Shown: one piece after another, positions 48,979-59,220 of the stretch | Position numbering within the stretch: position 1 is the first letter of the stretch | Layout: each line of letters begins with the position of its first letter | Assembly (NCBI GenBank): GCA_963749495.1 | Contig: CAVVMW010000012.1 | Coordinates: 288,001 to 352,000, forward strand | DNA from: an uncultured bacterium | GTDB taxonomy: Bacteria; Verrucomicrobiota; Verrucomicrobiia; Limisphaerales; UBA8199 | DNA: 64,000 bases | Direction of reading: 5' to 3' | Notes under the pieces: model-generated | Told to the model about the DNA's origin: nothing | Databases searched by the model: none | Seen by the model: the letters and a program-made list of their open reading frames with translations, nothing else | Program-made: the position numbers and the translations under genes

Positions 48979-49728
48979 GTGGGTAAGGGGGAGGCCGAAG
49001 CCACCCCCTCCCCGTTGTCGCAATGAGGTCAATTCCTCATACTGGACCGGCGAGCGGATTTCCCGCACCGGGCGACCCCGACAGCACGCGGGAGCGTGCG
49101 GTTCCTTATGCAGGACAGAGCTTGCCCCAAGAATGGGGGGTCCACGCCGACGGGGCAAGACCACTCCCCCCGAGGCGGAACTGTTCGCAGTGGGCGACCA
49201 GGCGTAAGGGACCGTTTCTTAGCCGAAGCTAACTTGTCCCCGGAACTGGTGAACACACTCGAATCGCTCTGTGGTTTTGCCTTTCCGCTGTCGAATCCCG
49301 ACGGCGTACTTTGGCTCTGGAGACATCCCTGAGGGCGGGGCCAGGGAGTGGCTGTTCCCGCCTCCGGAGCGTAGCCGAACCCTTTCGGACAAGCCTTATA
49401 GGTCCAGTTTATCGAGCAGACGCTCGAACTCCGTGGGACTTCATCGGTGAGTGAAACGGACCCTTTTCCCGGCATGAACGCATGTCGCACCGTACCGCCC
49501 AGCGAACGAACCGCATTTGTGGTTCGCCAGGAGCTTTGTGAAACCACCAAGCTAGGCTTCGTCCCTGGAGCAGGGACTCGCCCGGCGTTTCGGCTCATGG
49601 GCCTTCCTGCCAAGTCAAGGGAGCCGGCCTCTTCGCGACGGCACGTTGCTGCACCGCCCTGGCTACGTTCCCGCCTGGACCAACCCGGCGGTTTAGCTCC
49701 CCCGTTCTGGACGGAAGCGGCCCCGCCC
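48979..49728 (-). ncRNA. ORF-less group II intron-like RNA (~750 nt) with an atypical domain V
   Basis: DV-like CGCCCGGTGCGGGAAATCCGCTCGCCGG; DVI hairpin with bulged A ending CCCAC; 5' GGGCG; DI closing pair; Ic1-like GCAA stem; CTATAAGGC..CCGAAA; no RT ORF. Confidence 0.68.
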
Positions 49729-49926
49729 AGGTAGGATTCCATCGTTGTTTCCATTGATGTCACCGTTTGAGACTTAGTTCATTTCACCCGACGACTCGCG
49801 GGCTCCAGCCCAGGCTCTCACATTGCGGGCCTTCGGCCCTGATGCTGGTTGAGGTTGGTTTCTCCAGAACACGCCGAGAAATCACCTTGCCGTCACCCAG
49901 CTTACTGCCTACAAACTGCAGCCGCT

Positions 49927-50572
49927 GTGAAAGCGCGACGCCGTTCTGGCTTGGGCTGTGTTGCTCCTGCTCGCCGCGATGGGGTTGGCCACCTATGTCC
50001 TGTCCCCCGGCGAACCGGTGTATCAGGGCCGTCGCCTCACCGAGTGGCTGCGTGACCTGCGCGAGGCGCCGCCCGCGACGGCGGAAGGCGCGGCGCGGCA
50101 AGCCGCGGCCACCGATGCGGTCCGGCGAATTGGCGTCAAGGCCTTGCCCACGCTCCTGGCGCTGGCGCGCGCCCGCCCCGCCGGCTCGGGACTCAGAGGT
50201 TGGATGGCGCGGCTACAGGGAAGGGCTCGCTTTGTCCAGTTCAACTGGAGATATGGCAAAGGCCCGCCCCCAGGCTTGAGGGAGAAGCTCTTGCTCGCGC
50301 TGGCAGGGAGCGGGAGCGCCTTTTTGCGAAGCCCCCTCCTCGTGGGACAGGATGATTCCTGGCTGGCGGCCAAAGGGTTTATCGCGTTGGGGCCGCTCGC
50401 AGAACCGGCCATCCCGGACCTGGCCAGGATGTTAACGAACAACGCCACCAGCCAAGAGGCCGCGATCTGCCTCATTGCCATCGGACCCGTCGCCGCCCCG
50501 GCACTCACGAATGCCAACGCGAGCCTGAGACGGGCCGCCGCGGAGGCCTTGCCGATTCGTTTGCGCCAATGA
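49927..50572 (+). CDS. Membrane-anchored HEAT-repeat protein, short; probable extra A near the start
   Basis: TM then EPVYQGRRLTEWL, IGVKALPTLL, LGPLAEPAIPDL. Confidence 0.7.
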
Positions 50573-51516
50573 CTTTCACCAGACAAGCCGGTGATCGCCG
50601 TGGCATCACACGCCTCGAGTTGTTGGTTGTGGTTGCCATGCTGGGCCTGTTGACGTTCCTATTATTCCTCGGGCTGGTGCGGGACCGGCCGAAGGCGCAA
50701 GCCCTCCAGTGCCTGGCGAACCTCCAGCGTGTTACCGCCGCCGTCACGATGTACGCCCGGGACAACTCCGAGCTCTTCCCGCCCAATCCGGACGACGGCA
50801 CGACCAATGCGGGTTACAATTGGTGCGGCGGGGACGTACAAGGGGGAATGCCGCCTGGCGCACCCGGTGTCGCTGACATGACCAATCCGGATCTTCTGAA
50901 GGACCCGAGCACCTGCCTGGTCACCAGGTACCTGGTCGGCGGCGTCGAAGCGTTCCGATGCCCGGCCGACCCGCGCTACGGACCCTATCTTGGCACGGAC
51001 CCGGCCCAAAGGGGCAAACTCATCCCGGCGGCGCGCAGCATTTCGATGAACCACGGCGTCGGCACTATCGACCCGTCGTGGGCTTCAGGCCATGGCCATG
51101 CGGGCAAACCGACTCTTAAAGTGAATGGACCGTGGCTCGATGGCAGGCGTGGTCACAAAGCGGACAGCCCGTACGCCACCTTCGGCAAAATGAGCGATTT
51201 CGGCCCCGCCAGCCCCACCCAGATCTTCCTCTTGGCGGATGAGAATCCCGCGAGCATCAATGACGCCTCGCTGTCGGTGTGCGCTGCCGAGGCGAGGATA
51301 ATTGACCTTCCCGGGGCGTCCCACAACCATGGCGGCAGCTTTTCGTTCTGTGATGGCCATGCTGAAGTCCACCCCTGGAAGAGCGGGCTCATGGACTTGA
51401 CCACCGGGGCTTGGACGACGCGCTCCGCAGACGCTCCAGGGACCCTCACTTACGAGGATTGGTATTGGCTCGCCTCGCACGCAACCATCAATCTCACGAA
51501 CGGGGCCGTCCCTTGA
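50569..51516 (+). CDS. Prepilin-type N-terminal / H-X9-DG domain protein
   Basis: GITRLELLVV, CLANLQ, FRCPAD, HNHGGSFSFCDGHAE. Confidence 0.85.
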   Translation: MTFTRQAGDRRGITRLELLVVVAMLGLLTFLLFLGLVRDRPKAQALQCLANLQRVTAAVTMYARDNSELFPPNPDDGTTNAGYNWCGGDVQGGMPPGAPGVADMTNPDLLKDPSTCLVTRYLVGGVEAFRCPADPRYGPYLGTDPAQRGKLIPAARSISMNHGVGTIDPSWASGHGHAGKPTLKVNGPWLDGRRGHKADSPYATFGKMSDFGPASPTQIFLLADENPASINDASLSVCAAEARIIDLPGASHNHGGSFSFCDGHAEVHPWKSGLMDLTTGAWTTRSADAPGTLTYEDWYWLASHATINLTNGAVP

Positions 51517-51726
51517 ACCCAAAATGAACAAACTCGTCAAACCGGCTGGGCCACAGGCCACCGCCAAGGCGGTCATTTTGATTCGGCTGATGGTCGGAGG
51601 CGTTTTTCTCGTCTGTCAATGTGGCTTGGGCTGGTTTTTCTCCTAATCGTCGGCAGCGGCTGGTGGTCTTTGGAATCGCTCTGCGCCCGGCCCGGCGACA
51701 AGGCAAAACCCGCCTGAGGCGTAATG

Positions 51727-51940
51727 CCTCGGTGGAGGCGGGAGCGACACGGCGGGCAGACCCCTCACCCCGACCCTCTCCCCTTCCGAAGGGGAGAGGG
51801 AGGCTTCTCGGCAGCGGCTTGAGAAAGCGGAGTCGCCTGGAATTCTCAGAGACTGCCGACGCTTCTCCCTTTCCCCTTCGGAAGGGGAGAGGGCTGGGGT
51901 GAGGGGTTCGCCGGGGACTCCGTCTCCGCCGTCACTGGCG
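51727..51940. repeat. REP-like element, CCCTCACCCC / GGGAGAGGG family
   Basis: Inverted arms 51761-51800 and 51865-51906; its flanks recur at 54617 and 54877-54930. Confidence 0.8.
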
Positions 51941-51988
51941 GTTACCCTCACGCGGCACCGCCAATCCTTAGTGTTCAGCACATTCGGG

Positions 51989-54523
51989 CTACGGCACGAG
52001 CTTGACCTTGTAGAACCGGTGGTTGGCGGCGGCCGCGTTCGTGTCCACCAGTTCGCCGGCGCCCTGCGGTGTGCCCACGGGCGTGCGCAGCAGAAACCAG
52101 TTCACCAGGTCGTCCGAATACAACGCGCGATAACGCGCTGCGGGCGCTCCCAGCCAGCGCAAGTGGAAGCCGTCGGCCCCAAGCTGCGAACGGCTCAGCC
52201 GCGCGGCATTGGCCGGCGAAACGCCGGCATCGGGGAACAGGGTCACCGGGTCCATGAAACTGCCGGTCCAGTCCGGCCGCGCCGGCGCACTGGCGCCGGC
52301 CAGCAGGTTCGTCCATGCCTGGTCGGTCAAACGGCCGCTCATGGGCTCTTTGAACTCATAATAAGAGAACGACGGTCCGGCGGCGAGGAAGGTGCCTTCC
52401 TGGGGAAGCGCGCAGGCTGCGACCAGGACCTTCACATACCCGTCACCCTCCTCGAGGACCTGGCCGGAATTGGGATCGGTGTGCACGTCCGCCACCAGGG
52501 TCGTATCCCCCTCCTGCGGATCATCGGTCGTGCCGTCGATTTCCGGCAGGCTGTTGTAAAATCCGCCGATGAAATCATTGTCGGAGTCGCTGAGCGGCTG
52601 TCCCTGCAATTCCGTCACCGCGATGGCCCGCAGCCGGGCCAGAATGGACTCGAGTTGGAGGAGGTTGGTTGTCTGCGTCGCATCCAGGACGTTCAGATTG
52701 GCCAACCCGTTGCGTGAAAGGGCCGTCAAAGCGCGCAGCCGCTCGAAAACTTCCGGCACCGGCTCCACGTAGCCGGACGGGTTCGGGGGGCTTGGGGCCG
52801 CCGAGATGACGATGGTCGTGCTTTGCTTGGCGTAGAGGATGGTGTCGTGGCGCAACTCGGTCCACGAAGCCAGGGCGGCATTGAGCTGCTTGTCGTGCCA
52901 GGCGGTGGTCTGCATGAAAGGCGGGTAGCCTGGTCCGCACGGGTCGAACAAAGGGCGCAAGGTGTAAAGCCAGCCCCAATAAAGGTTGCGGGTCCACTCC
53001 GCCTGGCCGAAAGCGTCGAAGATGCCGAGCAGGTCGTTTGCGCGCAGGTCATAATCCACGTAATCCGTGTCGCCCGCGGAATCCAGCAGGCCCAATGCCC
53101 GCTCGGAGCCGAGCACCGCCATCACATCCAGGCCCCTGGGAAAGGCGCGAATCGGCGGGGGCACCACCACTAGGGTGAACGGGCTGCCCGTGCCGGTGTA
53201 AGCGCCAACACTCGGGAAGACCAGGTGCTGCATCATGTACGAATCGGGGATGAACCTCTGGCCCATCAGGCGCATGCCCTTTGTCTGGTCCAGCACCGCA
53301 TCCAGGTCCGCCGCCGTCGCGTTTGGCGGCACGGAGCAGTTTCCGGTCCCGCCGTAGATTTCCGGGCTGGGCATGGCCGCGAGCGCCTTCCGCAACGCCA
53401 GGAACGTGGCGTCGTCCGTCAGCGACAACACATTGACCTGTGCGCCGAACACCTGCATCAGGGCGAGTTTGTACTGGTAGGGAGTCAAATCGTCGGCCAG
53501 CCCGACAAAAAACGCGGTGACCGCATAGATCTGGTTCCAGGTTGCGGCGCAAGCGGGTGACTGGTCCAACTCCAGGGCCATCAGCAGCGCCGCCAGCGTC
53601 TGGATGCGCGCCTCGGCAACCGAAACCAGCGCGTCGCCGGGCACGTCGCCTCCCTTGAGCAGGTGCGTCATCTGGCCGTACCACATCATGGCCTGGAAAT
53701 ACCGTTGCAGGTCCTCGCTCGCCGTGTAATGGCCGCGCGGGGTGAATTGTGAATAGTCCTGCTGGTAGTTGAACAGGGGACTCTGCGCAAAACCGGCCTG
53801 AGCCTGGATATTGGCCAATTCCCCGGCGACGATACCCGCAACCGGGTCCGGCACGGTCACCTGCACCCCCAGCAGCTTCAACGCCACGCAGAAGAAGGCC
53901 ATGTTGCGCCGCCCCGCTTCTTGCAAGTCGCCCGTCAGGCTCGCGTAATCGTTGAGGGCGCCGGCCAGCATCGCCTGCGACATCGTTTTGAGTTGCGGCA
54001 GGAATTGATTGGTCTCCACCGTTCGCAGAATTGAGTCGAACTGCACGTGATACAGATGGAGCATGGAATCCGAGGTCACGAACGTGGGAATCCCCATCCA
54101 GAACAGATCGGAGTAAACCCCGGCCATGCTCGCTGCCTGGCCGCGGGAGACAACCACAAAGCCATTGGTCACCAGGGCGTTGCAGGCGCTCTGGCTCATG
54201 CTTAATCGCTGGGTGATGCTCGAGGCATTCGACACCTGGCTCAAGTCCAGAGGCAACACCGGCGCCGTGACACTCGGTGCCACCGAGACGGGTTGGTATT
54301 CGTAAGCGGATGAGAGCTGCACATCGGCCAGCCCGCTGTTGGTGCTGAGCGTCTGGGCCGGCAGCGGCGCGGGCACCGCCACCGCCGCCGCCAGGGCCAG
54401 CGCGAACCCGGCAGAGGCCGCGCGCCACCGCCGCTTCGAGCGGCAGCCGGCCCGCCGCACAAGGGCAGCGAAGATTCGGTGGCTTTCTGAGAAACCTCGA
54501 GAACCGTGGGTTTGAGATGTCAT
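51989..54523 (-). CDS. DUF3160-like secreted protein with a SDDL..W..RFYK tail
   Basis: FVTSDSMLHLYH, DYSQFTPRGHYT, GQRFIPDS, SWTELRHDTILYAKQ, GYVEP, VADVHT, RLTDQAW. Confidence 0.88.
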   Translation of the reverse strand: MTSQTHGSRGFSESHRIFAALVRRAGCRSKRRWRAASAGFALALAAAVAVPAPLPAQTLSTNSGLADVQLSSAYEYQPVSVAPSVTAPVLPLDLSQVSNASSITQRLSMSQSACNALVTNGFVVVSRGQAASMAGVYSDLFWMGIPTFVTSDSMLHLYHVQFDSILRTVETNQFLPQLKTMSQAMLAGALNDYASLTGDLQEAGRRNMAFFCVALKLLGVQVTVPDPVAGIVAGELANIQAQAGFAQSPLFNYQQDYSQFTPRGHYTASEDLQRYFQAMMWYGQMTHLLKGGDVPGDALVSVAEARIQTLAALLMALELDQSPACAATWNQIYAVTAFFVGLADDLTPYQYKLALMQVFGAQVNVLSLTDDATFLALRKALAAMPSPEIYGGTGNCSVPPNATAADLDAVLDQTKGMRLMGQRFIPDSYMMQHLVFPSVGAYTGTGSPFTLVVVPPPIRAFPRGLDVMAVLGSERALGLLDSAGDTDYVDYDLRANDLLGIFDAFGQAEWTRNLYWGWLYTLRPLFDPCGPGYPPFMQTTAWHDKQLNAALASWTELRHDTILYAKQSTTIVISAAPSPPNPSGYVEPVPEVFERLRALTALSRNGLANLNVLDATQTTNLLQLESILARLRAIAVTELQGQPLSDSDNDFIGGFYNSLPEIDGTTDDPQEGDTTLVADVHTDPNSGQVLEEGDGYVKVLVAACALPQEGTFLAAGPSFSYYEFKEPMSGRLTDQAWTNLLAGASAPARPDWTGSFMDPVTLFPDAGVSPANAARLSRSQLGADGFHLRWLGAPAARYRALYSDDLVNWFLLRTPVGTPQGAGELVDTNAAAANHRFYKVKLVP

Positions 54524-54556
54524 GGGGACCCCTCTTTGCTATTATTCGACTTGGTA

Positions 54557-54584
54557 CATATAACACCCAGGCACTTGCAGTCAA
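54557..54584 (-). promoter_or_regulatory. sigma70-like promoter of the DUF3160 gene
   Basis: TTGACT-16 nt-TATATG with a preceding TG. Confidence 0.5.
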
Positions 54585-54616
54585 TACTTTTTCTTGCCGA
54601 GAAGTAAGGCAGTAAG

Positions 54617-54930
54617 GCCTCAGTGGAGGCGGGGGCAGCATTGCCCCCGGCTCACCGCGTAGCGGTGCCCGATGGTAGCCGTGGACTTCCAGTCCACGGA
54701 CCCATGGCCCAAGCTCGACCGCGTCGCGTAGCGACGCCTGAAAACCGCGACGCTGTCAGGCGTCGCTACGCGACGCGTGACCATTCCCACGCCCTGAACC
54801 GTGGACCGAGGTCCACGGCTACCTTCACTCCGTCGCTACGCGACACGGGACGATTCCCACGCCCCGAACCGTGGACCGAGAGGGCCGGGGTGAGGGGTCT
54901 GCCCGGCACTCCGTCTCTGCCTTCACTGAC
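54617..54930. repeat. Nested repeats: CGTCGCTACGCGAC-family REP inside a copy of the 51727 element
   Basis: Flanks match 51727-51745 and 51885-51940; centre matches the reverse complement of the 23463 cluster. Confidence 0.75.
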
Positions 54931-55045
54931 CGATTGCGCCCAGAAACCGCTTTTGATTTGGCGGCCGACGCCCTTTAATCTACGCATGATAGACAGACGG
55001 CCGCTCGACGCTCGCCCCTCGGCACTGGGGAGCCTGAGCACCCGC

Positions 55046-56149
55046 ATGAAAACGGGTGTAAAGCTCGTGGTGGCGCTGGCCTTGCTGGGCGGGTTTGCGC
55101 GGCTGGTGCTCAGGCCGCACGAAGTGGCATTCGAAGGCAAGCCATTGAGGCTGCTGCTGCTGGAGGACCTCCACGGCCCGCCGTATTATCCCGGGTCCTA
55201 CTACGGAGTTGCAGTCTGGCGCCGGAGGGCTGCCCGCAATCCGCGGGCTGAGCGCGCCGTGCGCGCCTTGGGGACCAACGCCTTGCCGGTCCTGGTGGAG
55301 ATGGCGGCCAGCCGGGAATCATTCTTCCGGATGGTCCTCGGCCAGATGGCGCTCGACCGGTCCATGGACTACCTGCACCTGCCCCCGCAATACGGCAAAC
55401 ACGAGGTCGCCGCCTGGGCCTTCAAACTGCTGGGGCCGGCAGGACGGCCCGCCGTGCCGGTCCTGGCCCGGTTGCTGGAGGACCGCGACCCGTCCGTGCG
55501 GATGGCGGCGGCCGACTGCCTGGCGGGCATCGGCCCGGAGGCGCGCGAGGCGGTGCCGGGCCTGATCCGGGCGCTCCAGGCCCCCAGGGGGCCCGGGTGG
55601 AACCAAGATCAGGCGGTCGCCGCCGCCGCTTATGCCCTGGGCGAGATCGGTCCCGCCGCCGCCGCGGCCATTCCTTTCTTGGCCGGCATTACCAATGACG
55701 CGGCCCAGGTCGCCTTGATCAAGATCCGCCAGGGCTCCTTCCAGGCATTCTTCGAGCGGCTCAAAGACACCTCCAAGCCAGACCAGTGGTGCCTCACTGC
55801 CCAAGCAGTCAGCCTCCTGGGCACCAACGCCGACCCGGCCATCCCGTCTCTGCTGGCGGCATTCCAAAACACCAACAGCGCCATCAATCAATTCGCCGTC
55901 GACATCGTCGGCAAACTCCATCGCCGGCCCGATCTGTGCCTCGACCCGCTCGTCTCGCTCCTGGAATCCACCAACAGCAATTTGAGATGGTCCGCTCTCC
56001 TCGCCCTCGCTGGCTTTGGGTCGGACGCCAAACAGGTCCTGCCCCGGCTCCTCCCATACCTGACCAATCACGAGCGATACCTGCGCGAATGCGCCACCAA
56101 TGCCCTGGGGTTCATCGCCCCCGAGGTCTTGAAAGGCAAGGGCAAATGA
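55046..56149 (+). CDS. Membrane-anchored HEAT-repeat protein
   Basis: TM, LGTNALPVL, VRMAAADCLAGIGPEAREAVPGL, AAYALGEIGPAA. Confidence 0.85.
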   Translation: MKTGVKLVVALALLGGFARLVLRPHEVAFEGKPLRLLLLEDLHGPPYYPGSYYGVAVWRRRAARNPRAERAVRALGTNALPVLVEMAASRESFFRMVLGQMALDRSMDYLHLPPQYGKHEVAAWAFKLLGPAGRPAVPVLARLLEDRDPSVRMAAADCLAGIGPEAREAVPGLIRALQAPRGPGWNQDQAVAAAAYALGEIGPAAAAAIPFLAGITNDAAQVALIKIRQGSFQAFFERLKDTSKPDQWCLTAQAVSLLGTNADPAIPSLLAAFQNTNSAINQFAVDIVGKLHRRPDLCLDPLVSLLESTNSNLRWSALLALAGFGSDAKQVLPRLLPYLTNHERYLRECATNALGFIAPEVLKGKGK

Positions 56150-57804
56150 CGTTCTTGCCCATCGTTGAGCGGGAGTTGCGGGTGGCGGCGCGCCGGCGCC
56201 TCACCTACTGGGGGCGCGCCCTCCTCGCCCTGGCCGCCATCATCATCGGGGTATTTGTCTATCTGGCGAACTCAGGTTCGCTCGCCTTCGCGGAGGGCTG
56301 TTTCTGGACGCTGTCCTGGCTGGCGGCCTTTTACTGCCTCTTCGCGGGGCTGGGCTTTACCGCCGATTGCCTGAGCGAGGAGAAGCGGGAGGGGACCCTG
56401 GGCCTGTTGTTCCTCACCGACCTCAAGGGACACGACGTTATCTTGGGCAAGCTGGCGGCCACGTCGCTGGGGGGGTTTTATGCCCTCCTGGGCCTGTTTC
56501 CGGTTCTGGCGGTGCCGCTCTTGCTGGGAGGCATCACCGTCGGCGAGTTCTGGCGCGTGGTCCTGGTCCTGACCGACACGGTCTTCTTCTCGCTGGCAAC
56601 GGCCCTGTTCATCTCGGCGGTGAGCCGCCGCCGGCGCAAGGCCCGCGCCGGGGCCTTTCTCCTCCTGATGTTGTTCACCGCTCTCCTTCCCCTGTGCGCG
56701 AGCGTCATCGTGGCCTATGTCCCGTTTCGCAAAAGCCTCCCAGCCCAGTGCCTGCTCATGCCCTGCCCGTTCTACGCCCTGGCCCGGAGTCCCGATTTCT
56801 TTTTCCGCGGGGGCGCGCGGCAGTTCTGGTGGTCGGCCGGGGTGATTCACGGCCTGAGCTGGCTGTTCCTGTTTTTGGCGGCGCGCGTGGCGCCCCATGC
56901 GTGGCAGGACCGGCCGGTCGAGGCGCGGCGCTGGCGCCGGCACGTCGCCTGGCGCAACTGGGTCTATGGCGGCGCGGCCTGGCGCGGGGCCTTCCGCGCC
57001 CGGTTGCTGGAGGCCAATCCCATCTGCTGGCTGGCCAGCCGCGCCCGGCTCAAGCCGGCCCTGGTGTGGACGTGCCTGGCAGCGGTGGCCGCGCTTTGGG
57101 TCTGCGGCTCCGCTTGGCTCCGCGGCGAATGGTTCAACGAGGGCGTCTATTTCCCGACCGCCGTCGTCTTGAATTCGATCCTCAAACTCTGGGTCGCGTC
57201 CGAAGCCGGCCGCCAATTTGCCGAAGACCGCCAATCCGGCGCGCTCGAACTGGTGGTTTCCACTACCCTGCGCGTCAAAGAGATCCTGCGCGGACAATGG
57301 ATGGCCTTGGAGCGGCAGTTTCTGGGGCCGCTATTGATGGTCATCGCCGTCGAACTGATCTTCCTGGCCGCCTCGCTCCAGCGCGAATCGTTCCATGCCC
57401 AGCCGATCAACCCGGTCCTCTGGCTGGCCCTGCTGGTCATGCTCCTGGCCGACCTCCTCGCCCTGGGCTGGGTCGGGATGTGGGAAGCCATGGTCGCCCG
57501 CAAACCCAACCACGTAACCGGCAAGACCGTCGTGCGCATCCTCGTGGCGCCGTGGGTGCTCTACATTGCCCTGACTATCGTGGCCGGCTTCCTCCTCGAA
57601 ACCAGCCCGCCGCAGCCCAGGCCGCTGACCTGGAAGTTCTTCGTCGCGCTCTGGTTCGGGCTGGGACTGCTGACCGACGCCGCCTTCATTGTGGGAGCGA
57701 TGGTGCATTTGCGCCGGAGCTTCCGCACGCTGGCACTCCAGCGCCTGGCCCCGGCCTCCTCCGCCCTGGCGCGGCTCTTCAGGAGAAAAAGACGCCGGCC
57801 GTAG
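56146..57804 (+). CDS. ABC-2-type permease with a duplicated membrane domain
   Basis: IVERELRVAARR, SEEKREGTLGLLFLT, EDRQSGALELVVST, many TM segments; ATGA overlap with the HEAT gene. Confidence 0.85.
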   Translation: MTFLPIVERELRVAARRRLTYWGRALLALAAIIIGVFVYLANSGSLAFAEGCFWTLSWLAAFYCLFAGLGFTADCLSEEKREGTLGLLFLTDLKGHDVILGKLAATSLGGFYALLGLFPVLAVPLLLGGITVGEFWRVVLVLTDTVFFSLATALFISAVSRRRRKARAGAFLLLMLFTALLPLCASVIVAYVPFRKSLPAQCLLMPCPFYALARSPDFFFRGGARQFWWSAGVIHGLSWLFLFLAARVAPHAWQDRPVEARRWRRHVAWRNWVYGGAAWRGAFRARLLEANPICWLASRARLKPALVWTCLAAVAALWVCGSAWLRGEWFNEGVYFPTAVVLNSILKLWVASEAGRQFAEDRQSGALELVVSTTLRVKEILRGQWMALERQFLGPLLMVIAVELIFLAASLQRESFHAQPINPVLWLALLVMLLADLLALGWVGMWEAMVARKPNHVTGKTVVRILVAPWVLYIALTIVAGFLLETSPPQPRPLTWKFFVALWFGLGLLTDAAFIVGAMVHLRRSFRTLALQRLAPASSALARLFRRKRRRP

Positions 57805-57812
57805 GGTTTCCC

Positions 57813-57973
57813 GAATGACGAATGACGAATGACGAATGACGAATGACGAAACTGCACACCCATCCGCCGGTCTTGCCATTCGTCATTCGTCATTCGTCAT
57901 TCGTCATTCAGCCCTCCGCTACGCATCCAAATGAAAAGTGGTATAGGTTCCCTTTCACGTTTCACGTTTCACG
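57813..57973. repeat. Inverted heptamer arrays (GAATGAC)5/(CATTCGT)4 plus (TTTCACG)3 between convergent genes
   Basis: Long hairpin 57813-57909; could act as a bidirectional terminator. Confidence 0.85.
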
Positions 57974-57979
57974 CCCCCC

Positions 57980-58796
57980 TCAAAACCCCCGCAGCCCGGT
58001 GCTGGTCCGCTGCGTCAATCCCGGCGCCGGGAGGCGTTTGAGCACCAGGTACTGGATGCCGCGCTGCGCGCAGTATTCGCGTTTGCCTCCCTGGTCGCCG
58101 TCCTCGTTCACAGCGTAGATGTCCGGTTTGAGGCGCGCGATCTCGGGGTCGGCATCGAGCCAGCCGTTGCCGCTGGAGATCAGCGCCTGCGTCACGTAAC
58201 GGATCGAGCCGACCAAGTAACGGCGCTCGTGCTCTGTCAGCAACGGGTGCCCCGGACCTTTGAGCAGCCGGATGTTGGCGTCGTGACCCACGATGACATA
58301 GAGGTCGCCGTAGGCGCTGACCTCCTCGAAGAAGCGGACGTGCCCGGAGTGGAGCCAATCGTAGCAGCCGGTCACGACGATTTTCTTCTGACCGGGCCTG
58401 GCCGGCTGCGCGGGAGGTTCGGGAAAGCCCTCCAGGCAAGCCGGCGCCAGCACCCGGTAGTGGAGGCCGCGCTCTCGGCAAGCCGCCAGGCGGGCGGGGT
58501 TGGCGGCAGCGGGTTCATCCACCCACACCTCCGGGCGGAGGCCCTCGATCTGTAGCGGCGCACCCGGCTCGATCAGCCCGGGCGCGGCCACCGCCCGGCA
58601 GACGCAGCGCACGGCGTTGAGCAGGTAGAGCCGCTCGGCCAGTGGGAACTTGGGCGGCCTGCCCGCAAACCGGCGCACCGCCTGATCCGGCCACACCAGG
58701 ACGCTCACCTCGCCCAAGCGGGCGGCCTCCTGCAGAAACCGAAGGTGCCGCGAACGCAGGTCATCGAAGGCCCCAGTGACGACGAACTGATGTCAT
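57980..58796 (-). CDS. Tandem cytidylyltransferase-like protein; extra T near 58786
   Basis: Domain 1 VVTGAFDDLRSRH; domain 2 VVTGCYDWLHSGH; RTSTGLRGF. Confidence 0.82.
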
Positions 58797-59154
58797 AAAT
58801 GCTCTCGAAGCGGTTTTCCGCCGCCTCGGGCCATTCAACAACGGCCCGGCACCCCCTGCGAGCAGAATTACATTCTCATCAACCAACCGCACGGCCACGC
58901 AGGGGTGTGAGACAGAATTCTTGTTGGACCTCCAGATCGCAACTCTCAGAGATGATCTGGCTCTTCGATCCTCCGTTTTCTTCCTTTCCTTCTGTTCTTT
59001 TCCACCGTCCCACCGGCTGGGCACAGGAACAGAACAGAAGGAAACAAAGGAAACGAAGAGGCGGCCGGAGGGGCGGCATCGTTGTGGTCCGTGCCAGTGC
59101 GTATCCGGATGCCTGGAGCCCCTCTGTGATGAAAGCCCAGCAAAATCCATGGAG

Positions 59155-59220
59155 TTCCAGCGGTTCCTCCGCGAGGCCCAGGCTGCCGCCCACCTCGGCC
59201 ACCCCAATATCGTGCCGTTT
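59155..59220 (+). pseudogene. Ser/Thr kinase fragment
   Basis: FQRFLREAQAAAHLGHPNIVP (subdomains III-IV) in isolation. Confidence 0.6.

Noticed and set aside
49029..49763. 244-aa ORF across the intron-like RNA as an intron-encoded protein
   Set aside because: No RT, maturase or nuclease motifs; S/G/R/P-rich composition fits a chance open frame in GC-rich structured RNA.
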